Positions 10,584 to 20,312 of a stretch of DNA of 64,000 nucleotides are shown in pieces. How positions within the stretch are numbered: the stretch's first letter is position 1; every line of letters begins with the position of its first letter. The stretch lies in the IMG/VR virus record IMGVR_UViG_3300010401_000036, positions 3,382 through 67,381 of that record, one strand, 5' to 3'. Source of the DNA: a virus. Under the pieces are notes generated by a model. The model saw nothing but the letters and a program-made list of their open reading frames with translations, was not told the origin of the DNA and made no database searches. The translations under genes and the position numbers were made by a program.

Positions 10584-12625
10584 CAGTTTCTCCCGCTGGG
10601 CGCCCAGCGATATCGACACTTACCGATGCGCCAGAAGCTACCTTGATCGCTCGATGTGACCGTAATCGACATTTGCCGTCCACGGAAGCGCACCGATATA
10701 AACTCAGTTGTAGACGTGACAACATACGGCCCGTAGCTTACCGGAGTATCACCGGGGTAGTTGACCACATTGAACGTCATCTGGATCTGAGCCGAGCCAG
10801 AGGCCCCGTATAAGGCCCATTTGAAGTCCGGTATGATAACGTCAACGAACGCGAAATCCTCCCCTTCGCCAATGACAAAATATCCAGTGACGAATGACGA
10901 CGTCATAGACTGTCCATCCGCGTCGTTCGTGGTCTCCTGCTGATAGATGATTCCAGTTGGCGTGGCAGAGATCGGAGGGCCCAAGATGGTCTGATCCATC
11001 CATGCCGAGCGCGACAACGTCCCGTAGTCCCACGGCTTGGTAGGTTCCGTGACGTTCATCTTGACGTAGGAATCACATTCTCCGCTGACCGATGCCGACG
11101 ACGGGAACAGCCAACCCACCTCGTTATAGGGCGTGTTCGGCATGGACCTGACGTTCTGCAGGAATGACGTATTGCTGTTCTGAAACACAAAATCCCAGAC
11201 CGTGCAGGGGATAACACTGACCCCATTCGAGTCATAGGCATAGAAGTTGCTCGCTCCCATCCAGTAGACCGAGCCCCGAAATTGCTGCGCTGCATGGGAA
11301 GAGATCAGTCCTGCACCGGCCCCGATCTTGTTGAACCCAAACACCAGCGGGAATCCCTTGTAGGTCGCGGCCCACAAGTCCAGATCAGTCCAGAACAGGT
11401 TCTGGTTTGACACCGCCATGCCGCCGCGGATTTCAGATCCGATCGGAATCCGGAACGAACCGGCCTGGTTCGTGGTCGAGGTCTTGAACTGGGTGTAATC
11501 TCCCTGATCCGACCAGCGCACCAACATCGGGTCCTGAGACTGTCCGATGTTGGCGTTCGTGGTCGATCCCCATGCGAACAGGATTTGCAGGGAATTGGAG
11601 ATGAAGATACCTCCATTGAACGGAGGCGCGGTCGGCACAATGGATGCCGTGTTGAAACCTCCGGTCGGATCGAACTGATAGATCGCTCCACCTGAAGGAT
11701 TGGCCAGTGCTATCTCACCCCAGTTGTCACTCGTCCAATCGGTTGCAGTGATCGGCGTGCCGGTCTGAAATGAAGACGATGCTCCAGTGCCATAACCGCC
11801 AGCGCCATATCCTCCAGTCCCATATCCAGAGCCGCTGGAAGCCGGACCCAGGTTGATGAAGTATTGAAAGTCAGCATTTCCGCTGTTCATGAACCCGGTG
11901 GCCAAGGCCGTTGCAAGCGTATTCACGTTGATGGTGAACGTGTTGGCGTCTACCCAGATAGACGGATAGATTCCAAAGATGGTGACCCCGGCAAGAGAGG
12001 TAGTGGCCTGAAATGCTACGTTGATAAAGCCGGTGCTGGACAGCCCGTGCGACGTGAATGTAACACTGACGATGTTCGACGTGGTCGCTGTCTGAAACAG
12101 CGGCAAAGATCCGGCATTGTTGACCGTTGCTCCAGCGGCTGTTGCGAGGTTGATCTTGTAGGATGTTCCTCCTAACGTCGTTACCGTGTAGAGCCCGGAT
12201 ATCACCGTAGTGCCGATCGAAATCGGCGTGTTGATCATCACCGAGTCAAACGAACTCAGGTTATTGATGTTTGGATCGGTGATGGTGACCGTGGTAGAGT
12301 TTGCGATGGTCGAAAAGTTCGGAGGCGTATCCGACGTTACCTCTTGAGGCGTGATCGACACCAGAGAACCTGACGTAATCATGTCAAGGCTTCCCGTCGT
12401 TCCAGACAGGAGATGGTGGTTACCGTTCAGATCCTGCCATGCATGAAGATCGCGCGGCGTGCCAGCCACATTGAAGGCGTAGAACTTGGACCATCCGCCG
12501 TACTTTTGTACGAGGCCTTCACGAAAGCGGATCAACTGGCTCGACGAAATGCCAGCCTCATTCAACGTTGGTGTTTTTTCAACGTCAATTCCGGGGATGA
12601 GTTTGACACTGCCGTACGGCATCAA
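10583..12625 (-). CDS. tail nozzle / DNA stabilization protein (tail tubular B-like)
   Basis: 680 aa beta-propeller-like: DNWGE, DPMLVRWSDQ, AGSFRI, RFRGRQ motifs. Confidence 0.75.
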   Translation of the reverse strand: MMPYGSVKLIPGIDVEKTPTLNEAGISSSQLIRFREGLVQKYGGWSKFYAFNVAGTPRDLHAWQDLNGNHHLLSGTTGSLDMITSGSLVSITPQEVTSDTPPNFSTIANSTTVTITDPNINNLSSFDSVMINTPISIGTTVISGLYTVTTLGGTSYKINLATAAGATVNNAGSLPLFQTATTSNIVSVTFTSHGLSSTGFINVAFQATTSLAGVTIFGIYPSIWVDANTFTINVNTLATALATGFMNSGNADFQYFINLGPASSGSGYGTGGYGAGGYGTGASSSFQTGTPITATDWTSDNWGEIALANPSGGAIYQFDPTGGFNTASIVPTAPPFNGGIFISNSLQILFAWGSTTNANIGQSQDPMLVRWSDQGDYTQFKTSTTNQAGSFRIPIGSEIRGGMAVSNQNLFWTDLDLWAATYKGFPLVFGFNKIGAGAGLISSHAAQQFRGSVYWMGASNFYAYDSNGVSVIPCTVWDFVFQNSNTSFLQNVRSMPNTPYNEVGWLFPSSASVSGECDSYVKMNVTEPTKPWDYGTLSRSAWMDQTILGPPISATPTGIIYQQETTNDADGQSMTSSFVTGYFVIGEGEDFAFVDVIIPDFKWALYGASGSAQIQMTFNVVNYPGDTPVSYGPYVVTSTTEFISVRFRGRQMSITVTSSDQGSFWRIGKCRYRWAPSGRN

Positions 12626-12626
12626 A

Positions 12627-13610
12627 TCACGTCTTGATCAATGGAAGCGTGGAAATGAGAGATGGCTGAACAGATGCGAAAGGAGTGTTTGAGCCGCCAG
12701 AAGGAACGACCGCGCTTGCAAGCACCGTGCCACCTCCCTGACCTCCGATCAAGTCGCCTGTCCCGCCAATTGAACCTCCAGATAGAGTGGTTGCTCTGAT
12801 AAAGCCTGATGAATTTGAGCTGAAATTGACGTTTGGAAGATTGGCTTGTGACAACACAGATGTTTGCGAACCTCCGCCGCTCGGTCCCAGCAGAGACCCT
12901 GTGAATCCAGATGCTGGGAATGTTATGCGCGCTGCCGTGGCTCCGGACGCCACTTGGATGGTGTCCACACCGAGACGCACCCGTGACCTCTCGTCAGGAA
13001 CCCCAAACGTCGTGATGCCATTCCCGCCGTATGTCGAGCCAAGCAACTGAGCCAGAGCTGGGTAGATCGACGCCGTATAAACCGATCCATCTTTGACCAG
13101 ATATGGCGCAACCGAACATACATTCATCCATGGCGGTAACGTCGTGGTGTTGGTGTGGAGATCGAGGGCTGAACCCGGCGTCGGCATGTTGACGTAATCC
13201 ATGTCGGTCCCATCATAGAACACATGGATCTTCTGGCCCGGGGGAGCTCCAATTCTATTGCCCAAACCAACAGACGGCGAGAGTTGAACGTATGACGTTC
13301 CCGTGCATTTGTTGTGGATGATGTAGTACCCCGGAAGGGTGAACTGAACTGTAGCGCCGCCCGTCTGCGCCCCAGTGAAAACGATCAAGGAATTGACGCT
13401 CTGTGAAAGTGATCCGGGCCATACGCCAGTGGTCGCAGGAACCGTCAACAGCAACGTAGTAGCGGCTGATAGCGTAATAGTGGTGACGCCACCGAACAAT
13501 GCGTCAACCGTCTGGAAATTGGGGTTGAGCGCGGAGGTTCCCCATGCGCCACTTAGGTCGCCGGTATTTGGGACTATAAGAGATTTTTGTGTGGTTACTG
13601 GCTCGACCAT
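12627..13610 (-). CDS. tail fibre protein with tail-collar domain
   Basis: GAWG N-terminus; DGSVY....YPAL...LG..YGGNG.TTFGVPD.R.R collar motif. Confidence 0.8.
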   Translation of the reverse strand: MVEPVTTQKSLIVPNTGDLSGAWGTSALNPNFQTVDALFGGVTTITLSAATTLLLTVPATTGVWPGSLSQSVNSLIVFTGAQTGGATVQFTLPGYYIIHNKCTGTSYVQLSPSVGLGNRIGAPPGQKIHVFYDGTDMDYVNMPTPGSALDLHTNTTTLPPWMNVCSVAPYLVKDGSVYTASIYPALAQLLGSTYGGNGITTFGVPDERSRVRLGVDTIQVASGATAARITFPASGFTGSLLGPSGGGSQTSVLSQANLPNVNFSSNSSGFIRATTLSGGSIGGTGDLIGGQGGGTVLASAVVPSGGSNTPFASVQPSLISTLPLIKT

Positions 13611-13678
13611 TATTGCTTTTCCTCGTTGTATTCCATCCCCCTCTTATATATAGGTAAGTATGAATTGGGAGAACTCTC

Positions 13679-14338
13679 ATGCGAGAAATACAAAACCAAC
13701 GGTTCGGGCGCCTTGTTGCTCTTGAACGGATAAAGGTGCCAAACGCCAACAACGCCATGTGGCGGTGCAAATGCGACTGCGGAAACACTACAATTGCTGC
13801 GGCGGCAAATATCGGTAGAACCACGTTTAGCTGTGGCTGCCTGGCGAAAGAGTCGGCGTCCAACCTGCTCAAGAACAACAAACATACGCAAACCCACGGC
13901 AGCACAGGAACGCCAGAATACCGCGCTTGGCAACTGCTTAAGCGACGCTGCTATAATCCTAATGACCACAAATATCCGCTCTATGGCGGTCGGGGCATTG
14001 TTGTATGCCCGCAATGGAAGAACTCGTTTGAGACGTTTCTGGGAGACATGGGAAAGAAGCCGTCGCCTAAGCATTCCATCGATCGGAAAGACGTGAATGG
14101 CGATTATGGCCCAGAAAACTGCCGCTGGGCTACTCCGAAAGAGCAAATGAGGAATACGCGACGAAATATTTTCGTAGAGATTGACGGCGTTAAGCACTGC
14201 GTTTCTGAATGGTGCGAAATTCTTGGCATTGACCGAGTCAGGCTCTATGACCAAATCGGCACACGAAAAGGCTACGTCAAGCCGTTCGCCACGGCTGAAG
14301 CTGCCATTCGCCATTTCTACCGCCAGAAACATCCCTAA
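13679..14338 (+). CDS. HNH-type homing endonuclease (opposite strand)
   Basis: RFGRL, W.CKCDCGN, SCGC, YGGRGI.VC..W, SIDRKD.NG.Y.PENCRWAT..EQ..N. Confidence 0.9.
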   Translation: MREIQNQRFGRLVALERIKVPNANNAMWRCKCDCGNTTIAAAANIGRTTFSCGCLAKESASNLLKNNKHTQTHGSTGTPEYRAWQLLKRRCYNPNDHKYPLYGGRGIVVCPQWKNSFETFLGDMGKKPSPKHSIDRKDVNGDYGPENCRWATPKEQMRNTRRNIFVEIDGVKHCVSEWCEILGIDRVRLYDQIGTRKGYVKPFATAEAAIRHFYRQKHP

Positions 14339-15033
14339 CCTGCCTTCGGCTGCGGCGTCACGTTGTGGCCGATGAGAAACTTCTTACGCGCTTCCTCGGT
14401 CTGGGCATCAGTCAGCAGGTCCTCGAGGTGCTGCTTCCAGCTCATTGCCTGCTTCGGATCGTCAGCCATTGATCCGAAGTTCCTTTGATAGCCAGAGGCA
14501 AAAACCAGGGAGGCCGCGAGCAACAGATCCGGAAAAAACACTGAGAGCGGCGATGTGGTCTGGCTGACGTATAGCGGCGTGAACCGCTGTGTTCCGACGA
14601 CCTCCACCGTGTAGGCCTGATCCGGCCATGGCCCGACGATCGCCACGTCCTGATCCATCATTGAGTAGTAGACAGGGACTGTTGATCCGTTCGAACTTGG
14701 CCATAGGAAGTCAAGCGTATCGATCGAGGCCGGGATCAGAGGGTTTCGTGTGCCGCTTTCTGGATTGGTAGTTCCTGCCGGCGTGATGACGTTCAGTTGC
14801 TCGGCGACGATGTAGGTACCAAGAGATGTGGGCAGGGGAAAGTTTCGCGTGCTCAGAGTGAAGGTTGAACTGGAATCCCTGACGGTTGAATCAACGAGGT
14901 CAAGCTTGCGCTGCAGGAACAGTTCTGCATCATCCAGGCAATTCGGAATCATGGTTTGAAAGCCGGGGTCCGTCACCGGGACCACCAGCATATTAGCCAG
15001 AGACGTCAAATACGTGGCGTATGTTAGTGACAT
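14335..15033 (-). CDS. head-tail adaptor / tail tubular A-like protein
   Basis: G.P.YY, VGPWPDQAY and PDLLL.ASL motifs typical of phage adaptor proteins. Confidence 0.7.
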   Translation of the reverse strand: MSLTYATYLTSLANMLVVPVTDPGFQTMIPNCLDDAELFLQRKLDLVDSTVRDSSSTFTLSTRNFPLPTSLGTYIVAEQLNVITPAGTTNPESGTRNPLIPASIDTLDFLWPSSNGSTVPVYYSMMDQDVAIVGPWPDQAYTVEVVGTQRFTPLYVSQTTSPLSVFFPDLLLAASLVFASGYQRNFGSMADDPKQAMSWKQHLEDLLTDAQTEEARKKFLIGHNVTPQPKAG

Positions 15034-15040
15034 AGTAGTC

Positions 15041-15886
15041 CTAGTATTTTATGCCGTTGATCATGACGTCAGATGATCCAAAGATATTTATTGATGCGTT
15101 TACGCCCTGACCATATAGGTGAACGGCACCGGAGATCAGGATAGTGTTGGCATAGGGACCAATTCCGGTGTAGGCGCCGACATTGTCCAGCGTCCATTGC
15201 ACAACATTTCTGAAATAGAAAGGTGCGTTACGAGTGTTAAAGACCTGAACATTCCTGAGCGTCGAGACGCGAACTCCCAAAGGAGATGTTCTGGCGATGC
15301 CTTCGACATGGAACCCATCCCACCAGTACGGTGCTGGTAGCACGGGGTCAGATTTGTACGTTATATAGAGGTCATCCCACGATGTCTGGTCTTGCTGGTG
15401 GACAGAGTCACCATTGATCAAAATCGCGTAGGAATTGGTATTTCCCAATCCGCTCTCGAGCAGGATGCCAAGACCACTCATCCCGCCCCCGGTCGCGAAA
15501 CCGCTGCCGTTGAACGAGAACGCCGCATTGTTTGCGTTGTTGAAGATGATCTTGCTCGCCTGCGAGTGTGCCCCCTCAATCCTGTTGCCAGACAATAGAG
15601 ACGCAGGGATTGGCGTGTTCATCAGCCAATTGCCGGGAGGGATTTTGATTGTCCCACCGAACACAAATTGGGATTGAATGGCTGTCAACCCGTCACAGAT
15701 GGCAGGCCCGATGTCAGAGCCAACGCCAACTCCGGTGCGCTGCGTCCATAGACCAATGCCGTAACGGGCGTCCATCAGATCGCGCAAATCAAGAACATAG
15801 GCTGGCTGTGAGCGGCTGACAGATGGAGCGCAAAACAAAATCAATACAAAAGTCATGAACAAAACAAGCGGCCGGCGTCTAGTCAT
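15041..15886 (-). CDS. pectate-lyase-like beta-helix protein (tailspike/depolymerase-like)
   Basis: D.G.AI...., GGTIKIPPGNW, IEGA and repeated beta-helix strands; N-terminal hydrophobic leader. Confidence 0.6.
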   Translation of the reverse strand: MTRRRPLVLFMTFVLILFCAPSVSRSQPAYVLDLRDLMDARYGIGLWTQRTGVGVGSDIGPAICDGLTAIQSQFVFGGTIKIPPGNWLMNTPIPASLLSGNRIEGAHSQASKIIFNNANNAAFSFNGSGFATGGGMSGLGILLESGLGNTNSYAILINGDSVHQQDQTSWDDLYITYKSDPVLPAPYWWDGFHVEGIARTSPLGVRVSTLRNVQVFNTRNAPFYFRNVVQWTLDNVGAYTGIGPYANTILISGAVHLYGQGVNASINIFGSSDVMINGIKY

Positions 15887-15898
15887 TTCAAAAGTCCT

Positions 15899-17749
15899 TT
15901 ATGAGAGTCCGTATATCTTGATTGTACCTGTCTGAATGTTTCCAGAACTGAACGCGAAGTTCACTCCAGTGACTGCATTCAGCGCCCCATCGTACCATCC
16001 GCTTGGCATTCCAAGAGTGATTGTAGACGTGCTTATTGCCCCTGGAGTCGCCGACGATGTCTCCCCTACGAACTGTTTCCGAGCGGTCGTACTTGCAGGA
16101 TTGAACAGCCTTACGCTTCCACTCATCCCCAGACCAAGAGTCGTTTGCATGGCTCCACTTAGCTGGATGAATGACGTATTTGTTTGGACAAGAGTTGTAC
16201 CATTGTTGGTAAAGAGCGTCTGGCTTACGTAGCCAGAGCTTATGAAGTTTGATCCCGACGTTGCTACCGTAAGCTGGAACGTGGTCGTTTGAGTTGCTGG
16301 ACAAACGTTTTCGAAAGTTATCAGGTAGCTCTTGTAGGTTGCACTGAAGCTTGACGTGTCATTTGTGGAAGCAACGTTATTTGGCGACAGCGTGTTGAGC
16401 AGAACAAAACTGCCAGCAGCAACCGTTGTCGCGGTAACGACTCCAGTCGCGCTAACAGCAAGGAGTCCAGCTCCCAAACTGCCAAGAACGAACGTTCCTG
16501 TGAAGTTTGAAGTCCCGACGACGCCAAACGCACCCGATGTAAACAAGGATGTCCCGACGACGCCAAAGTTTCCGGAGGTGAACAGAGCGGTGCCCTGCAC
16601 GCCAAGAACGGCATTGCCCGTAAGCCCCGCCGTTCCGACTGCTACACCGCCCCCATTCGGACTAAGGACAATCGGGAAGTTTGTTGCGAGGTTTCCACCC
16701 AGTCTCGCTTGATGCCAGACATTCCCGCTCGCATAAATGCCGATGTCATACGCGACGTTCTGCACGCTGAACCGTACTGCGACAGCGGTATCCGTTGATC
16801 CACTTGATCCTGGAGCGCCGGTGTTAGGGAAGCCAACCGTGAGATTTCCTGACGTACCAGCAGCAGTTGGCGATAGAAAAAGAGCGTTCCCTGTTGAAGT
16901 GCCGATGGCAGACGTGCCTACTATATTCAATGTCCCGGTAAAGATTCCCGTACCGACAACACCAAAGGCTCCTGACGTGAACAGTGCTGTCCCGACGACG
17001 AAATGTGCGCCCGTAAAATTGGATGTCCCAACGACACCAAAATTTCCTGACGTAAACAGTGACGTTCCAACGACTCCGAAGGCGCCAGAGGTAAACAGAG
17101 TCGTACCCACGACACCATGAGTGCCGGTAAAGTTTGACGTGCCTACAACTCCGAACAAGCCCGTCATCAACGACGTGCCTACCTGGCCAAACGTTCCGGT
17201 GACGAGGGTGGTGCCGGCAACATTGAACGAGCCGGTGAACTGCGACGTTCCCGTGACCTGAATGCCGTTACCAAATACGGTTGTAGCGTTGTAGATCGCC
17301 GTTCCATTGAAGATGGCGGTTCCGCTAACCGTCAGGATTGTGCCGATGCTCAGCGAGCTTGCAATCCCGAGGCTGCTGGCGATCTGATTGGTACCAACTG
17401 CGTTGTTGGCGATCTGAGTTGACGTAATGCCCTGATTTGGGACGAAGGCCACGATTGACGTAGCGCTCCCAGTGGTCGCTAGAGCCGTACCGACGTTGAC
17501 GAATGTATTGATCGCCGAAAACTGGGTTGAAAAATTCGAACCGCTCGACTTGTTCAGGATAGTCCCGGTAGCGCCACCTGTCGGGAGGCCTCCAATGATG
17601 GAGGTGATCATCTGGCCCAAGGAAAGCTGGACAGACTGGCCGACACCGCCAGAGGTCTGCACAGCCTCAAATAGCTCCGCTCCCGTAACCGTGGTCCCGA
17701 GAGGAAGGTCAACTACCCTGACGACAGCCGGTAAAGTCGTTGCAACCAT
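15899..17749 (-). CDS. tail fibre with tandem beta-repeats
   Basis: GLPTGGATG.IL.K motif and many FGVVGT(S/A)(L/N)FT(S)G repeats; FSSGNI..GTIKIYG C-terminus. Confidence 0.75.
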   Translation of the reverse strand: MVATTLPAVVRVVDLPLGTTVTGAELFEAVQTSGGVGQSVQLSLGQMITSIIGGLPTGGATGTILNKSSGSNFSTQFSAINTFVNVGTALATTGSATSIVAFVPNQGITSTQIANNAVGTNQIASSLGIASSLSIGTILTVSGTAIFNGTAIYNATTVFGNGIQVTGTSQFTGSFNVAGTTLVTGTFGQVGTSLMTGLFGVVGTSNFTGTHGVVGTTLFTSGAFGVVGTSLFTSGNFGVVGTSNFTGAHFVVGTALFTSGAFGVVGTGIFTGTLNIVGTSAIGTSTGNALFLSPTAAGTSGNLTVGFPNTGAPGSSGSTDTAVAVRFSVQNVAYDIGIYASGNVWHQARLGGNLATNFPIVLSPNGGGVAVGTAGLTGNAVLGVQGTALFTSGNFGVVGTSLFTSGAFGVVGTSNFTGTFVLGSLGAGLLAVSATGVVTATTVAAGSFVLLNTLSPNNVASTNDTSSFSATYKSYLITFENVCPATQTTTFQLTVATSGSNFISSGYVSQTLFTNNGTTLVQTNTSFIQLSGAMQTTLGLGMSGSVRLFNPASTTARKQFVGETSSATPGAISTSTITLGMPSGWYDGALNAVTGVNFAFSSGNIQTGTIKIYGLS

Positions 17750-18154
17750 TTATAATGACCTTATCGTTCCGTCCAAGACACCCGTTTGACCTTGCGGAAG
17801 GGTAACAATGAGATTGACGTTCGAAGCGCCATGATACTGCATCACCACCCTGATTCGCCCATCCATGGTGTAACGTGTAGAAACCGGATATTCATCAATA
17901 GCATACTGCTCCGGCCTTGCATTGATCAATGGCGGTGGATCTGGGCCGAGCAGGGCCGGCGAGCCCAGTTGACGTTGAGGAAGGTCAAGCTCATCCTCGT
18001 GCACCAAGATTTTTTTGTTGATGATGCGTGGCCCAGCCCAATCATGCTGCCATTGCATGTTGGCAAGATTACCCACCATTCCGTTCCTGTCCGACGAAGC
18101 CCATCCCATGGGCCATGACGGATCGACGGCGGCGCGTCGTGGATTCCGTCTCAT
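17750..18154 (-). CDS. conserved phage morphogenesis protein
   Basis: SDRNG...QW.G...LV.....D.PQ.QL...DP.P..NARP pattern; between adaptor and fibre genes. Confidence 0.6.
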   Translation of the reverse strand: MRRNPRRAAVDPSWPMGWASSDRNGMVGNLANMQWQHDWAGPRIINKKILVHEDELDLPQRQLGSPALLGPDPPPLINARPEQYAIDEYPVSTRYTMDGRIRVVMQYHGASNVNLIVTLPQGQTGVLDGTIRSL

Positions 18155-18648
18155 GCTGTCCTCGCAAATTCGCCAAAATGAGCCGAAGCTGCAGCGGCGT
18201 AAGCCTGAATCGCCTCTTCAAGACTTGAAAACGTTCCTAAGTGGGACGCTTTTCCATCTTTCATAATGCGCGCAACATATTTCCCAGACCTTATGGCTCT
18301 GATACCTTTGGCTCCAATTTTGTTGGTCACTTTTCTGGGGGTATTGGCACAATTTCTCGCATGAGACGCCGCACGAAGGTTCTCCCATCGATTATTGGAT
18401 TTGTTAATGTTGATGTGGTCAATTTCTGCCTCTGGCCACTCTCCAACCATCCAAAGCCATGCCAATCGATGGGCTTTATAAGTCTTCCCATCAATCATAA
18501 TGCACCAGTACCCTTTGTTGTCAGGGTTACCAGCTTGGTCGCCTGATTTTCTATTCTGGTTGCAATCTTTCAACCAAAAGAATTTTCCGCTCTCCGGATC
18601 GTATCGGAGAACTTCGCGAAGCCTATCTAAGGTCAGCGCAGGAATCAT
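18151..18648 (-). CDS. HNH-AP2 homing endonuclease
   Basis: L.YDPESG.F.W, AHRLAW, IDHIN....NNRWENLR, C-terminal AP2 (HLGTF..EEA..AY..A....FGEFA). Confidence 0.92.
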   Translation of the reverse strand: MIPALTLDRLREVLRYDPESGKFFWLKDCNQNRKSGDQAGNPDNKGYWCIMIDGKTYKAHRLAWLWMVGEWPEAEIDHININKSNNRWENLRAASHARNCANTPRKVTNKIGAKGIRAIRSGKYVARIMKDGKASHLGTFSSLEEAIQAYAAAASAHFGEFARTA

Positions 18649-19334
18649 CGGTAATACCCGCCAAACTTTGGGACAATACGGATAGGAGTATTTTCAATAT
18701 CTTGAGTGGCGGCCACACGCCATGCCTCATCATAATCGGCCTTCAGCGCAACGGTTTTGTCGGGAGCATAAACCCTTGATACCCGATAGGCCAACCCAGC
18801 ACACAATACATCCAACCACCGATTCGGAAGATCTGGCGTTTCCCCGCCAGGTATGCTTGCGTCCTGAATATTAGAGCAAACATACATATTTAACGTATAC
18901 GGCCCTCCACTGTCTGGAACAGGGTAAAGCGTAATTTGCGGGGTGATCTGACGGTTGAAAAAGTACTGTGTCGGAGGTGACTGAGTAGATTTTTGCGGAT
19001 AGGCCGCATAATCGTCCCGACTAATTGGGGTCATAAAGATGTCAGTTGTTACCCCCGCTGTAGTGGTCGAGCGATAAGCATCCAAGACCATTACCACACG
19101 CGCTGGTAACGTATAGGTTGCCGTTCCTTGCGTTAGGGATTGAGAAATAAGTTCGACTTTCCAAAGGTTTACTTGTCTGTTGTCGAACTCTATAAACAAT
19201 AGATTCATCTGACGTCGAGCCGTATAGAAATGCGGCTGTTCGAGCTTTGCCATGGGAATGCCACAGCGTTCGAACGCATCTATAACAGCTTCGCCGTTCG
19301 TGATTTGGAATGCGTAGGTGCCCGAGCTGGTGAT
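18645..19334 (-). CDS. head-tail adaptor protein, probable ATC start
   Basis: ARRQMNLLF.E..NR..NLW, PTQYFF.R, LYPVPD, LCAGLAY; frame is open to ATC at 19334, 5 nt after GGAGG. Confidence 0.7.
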   Translation of the reverse strand: MTSSGTYAFQITNGEAVIDAFERCGIPMAKLEQPHFYTARRQMNLLFIEFDNRQVNLWKVELISQSLTQGTATYTLPARVVMVLDAYRSTTTAGVTTDIFMTPISRDDYAAYPQKSTQSPPTQYFFNRQITPQITLYPVPDSGGPYTLNMYVCSNIQDASIPGGETPDLPNRWLDVLCAGLAYRVSRVYAPDKTVALKADYDEAWRVAATQDIENTPIRIVPKFGGYYR

Positions 19335-19346
19335 GGAGGCCTCCCG

Positions 19347-19694
19347 TTATCGAGGTAGCCCCGCCTGGACGAAGGTGGCAACAAATACACTGGTTGCCGT
19401 CGCCGTGACGACATTGATTCGCATGGCCTGGACGGGAGTAGTGTAATTGGCCGTTGCATTGACGCCAGTTAAGGCGACGATGTTCCACCATGTGGCATTG
19501 GCTGCGGCTGTGCCAAGTGTTCCCAGCGTTCCAAGATCAATTTTGTCAAATGTAACGTCAATGGTTGCGGTGCCGTTAACGCCGGTTGTGCCAGTGACAA
19601 CCGAAATGCCAACCTGAAATGGAGAAATCGTCCAATCTGGGAAGTATACGAACGTTCCAGTACCATTGACTGTGGCGGCTACCGGCATACCCAT
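19347..19694 (-). CDS. structural protein (beta-sandwich-like)
   Basis: Ends PVQAMRINV...TFVQAG; Thr-rich; lies in the head module. Confidence 0.65.
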   Translation of the reverse strand: MGMPVAATVNGTGTFVYFPDWTISPFQVGISVVTGTTGVNGTATIDVTFDKIDLGTLGTLGTAAANATWWNIVALTGVNATANYTTPVQAMRINVVTATATSVFVATFVQAGLPR

Positions 19695-19703
19695 CGCGCT
19701 ATC

Positions 19704-19949
19704 CTATTTCCTGCGCGGCTTGTCTGCCCTCTGGCTTACGCAGCCGCCCTCCATCTTCATCTCAATGCTTGGAAACTTCCGGTGCACCTTGGCTTTGACC
19801 TTGGCTTTGAGTGCTGGAGACCCGTGCTGCGAAACCCGCGCCAGCGCATTTCTGGCGTGACTCTTGTCTTCCACCGGATAACTGCGGTCAGGCCCGGCAA
19901 AATCCTTTGTCGGGATTTTCTTCCGGGCCTTGGCCGTCAGCTTGGTCAT
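19704..19949 (-). CDS. small basic virion-associated protein
   Basis: R.YPV.DK.HARNALARV motif typical of small phage head-region proteins. Confidence 0.7.
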   Translation of the reverse strand: MTKLTAKARKKIPTKDFAGPDRSYPVEDKSHARNALARVSQHGSPALKAKVKAKVHRKFPSIEMKMEGGCVSQRADKPRRK

Positions 19950-20299
19950 TTCGGAGTGCCGCCGTATGAATCCTGGGGATTGGACGAGCCGGCGCAGCTC
20001 GCCGAGTTATGGGCGGTCGACAGCGGAGAGCGATTGGCGCCAACCGCGCCACCGGACTTGCGTCCCGGCCGGTCCAGACGCGCCTTCACGCCGCCGCCAG
20101 TCATCAGACCAAGCACCTTGCCGCCGGTCGCGCGCTTGTCCTTCTTCTTGACCTTGCCGCCCTTCTTGTGGCCGGTCTCCGCGCCGTCCTCGTCGTCATC
20201 GGCCTCGCGCAGCACCTCCGGATTCCCGGAAGCCACCATGCCGATCCGGCCGCCCTTCTTGCGCTCGGTCTTAACTTGCATACCGCCGTGCTTAGCCAT
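19946..20299 (-). CDS. small basic GG-repeat protein
   Basis: Five xxGG motifs (KHGG, KKGG x2, ATGG, KSGG); GGAGG RBS. Confidence 0.65.
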   Translation of the reverse strand: MAKHGGMQVKTERKKGGRIGMVASGNPEVLREADDDEDGAETGHKKGGKVKKKDKRATGGKVLGLMTGGGVKARLDRPGRKSGGAVGANRSPLSTAHNSASCAGSSNPQDSYGGTPK

Positions 20300-20312
20300 C
20301 TAGGCCTCCTGA

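Noticed and set aside
16490-17200. Nucleotide repeats as a diversity-generating retroelement or array
   Set aside because: They are degenerate coding repeats of the fibre (FGVVGT units), and no reverse transcriptase is present in the window.
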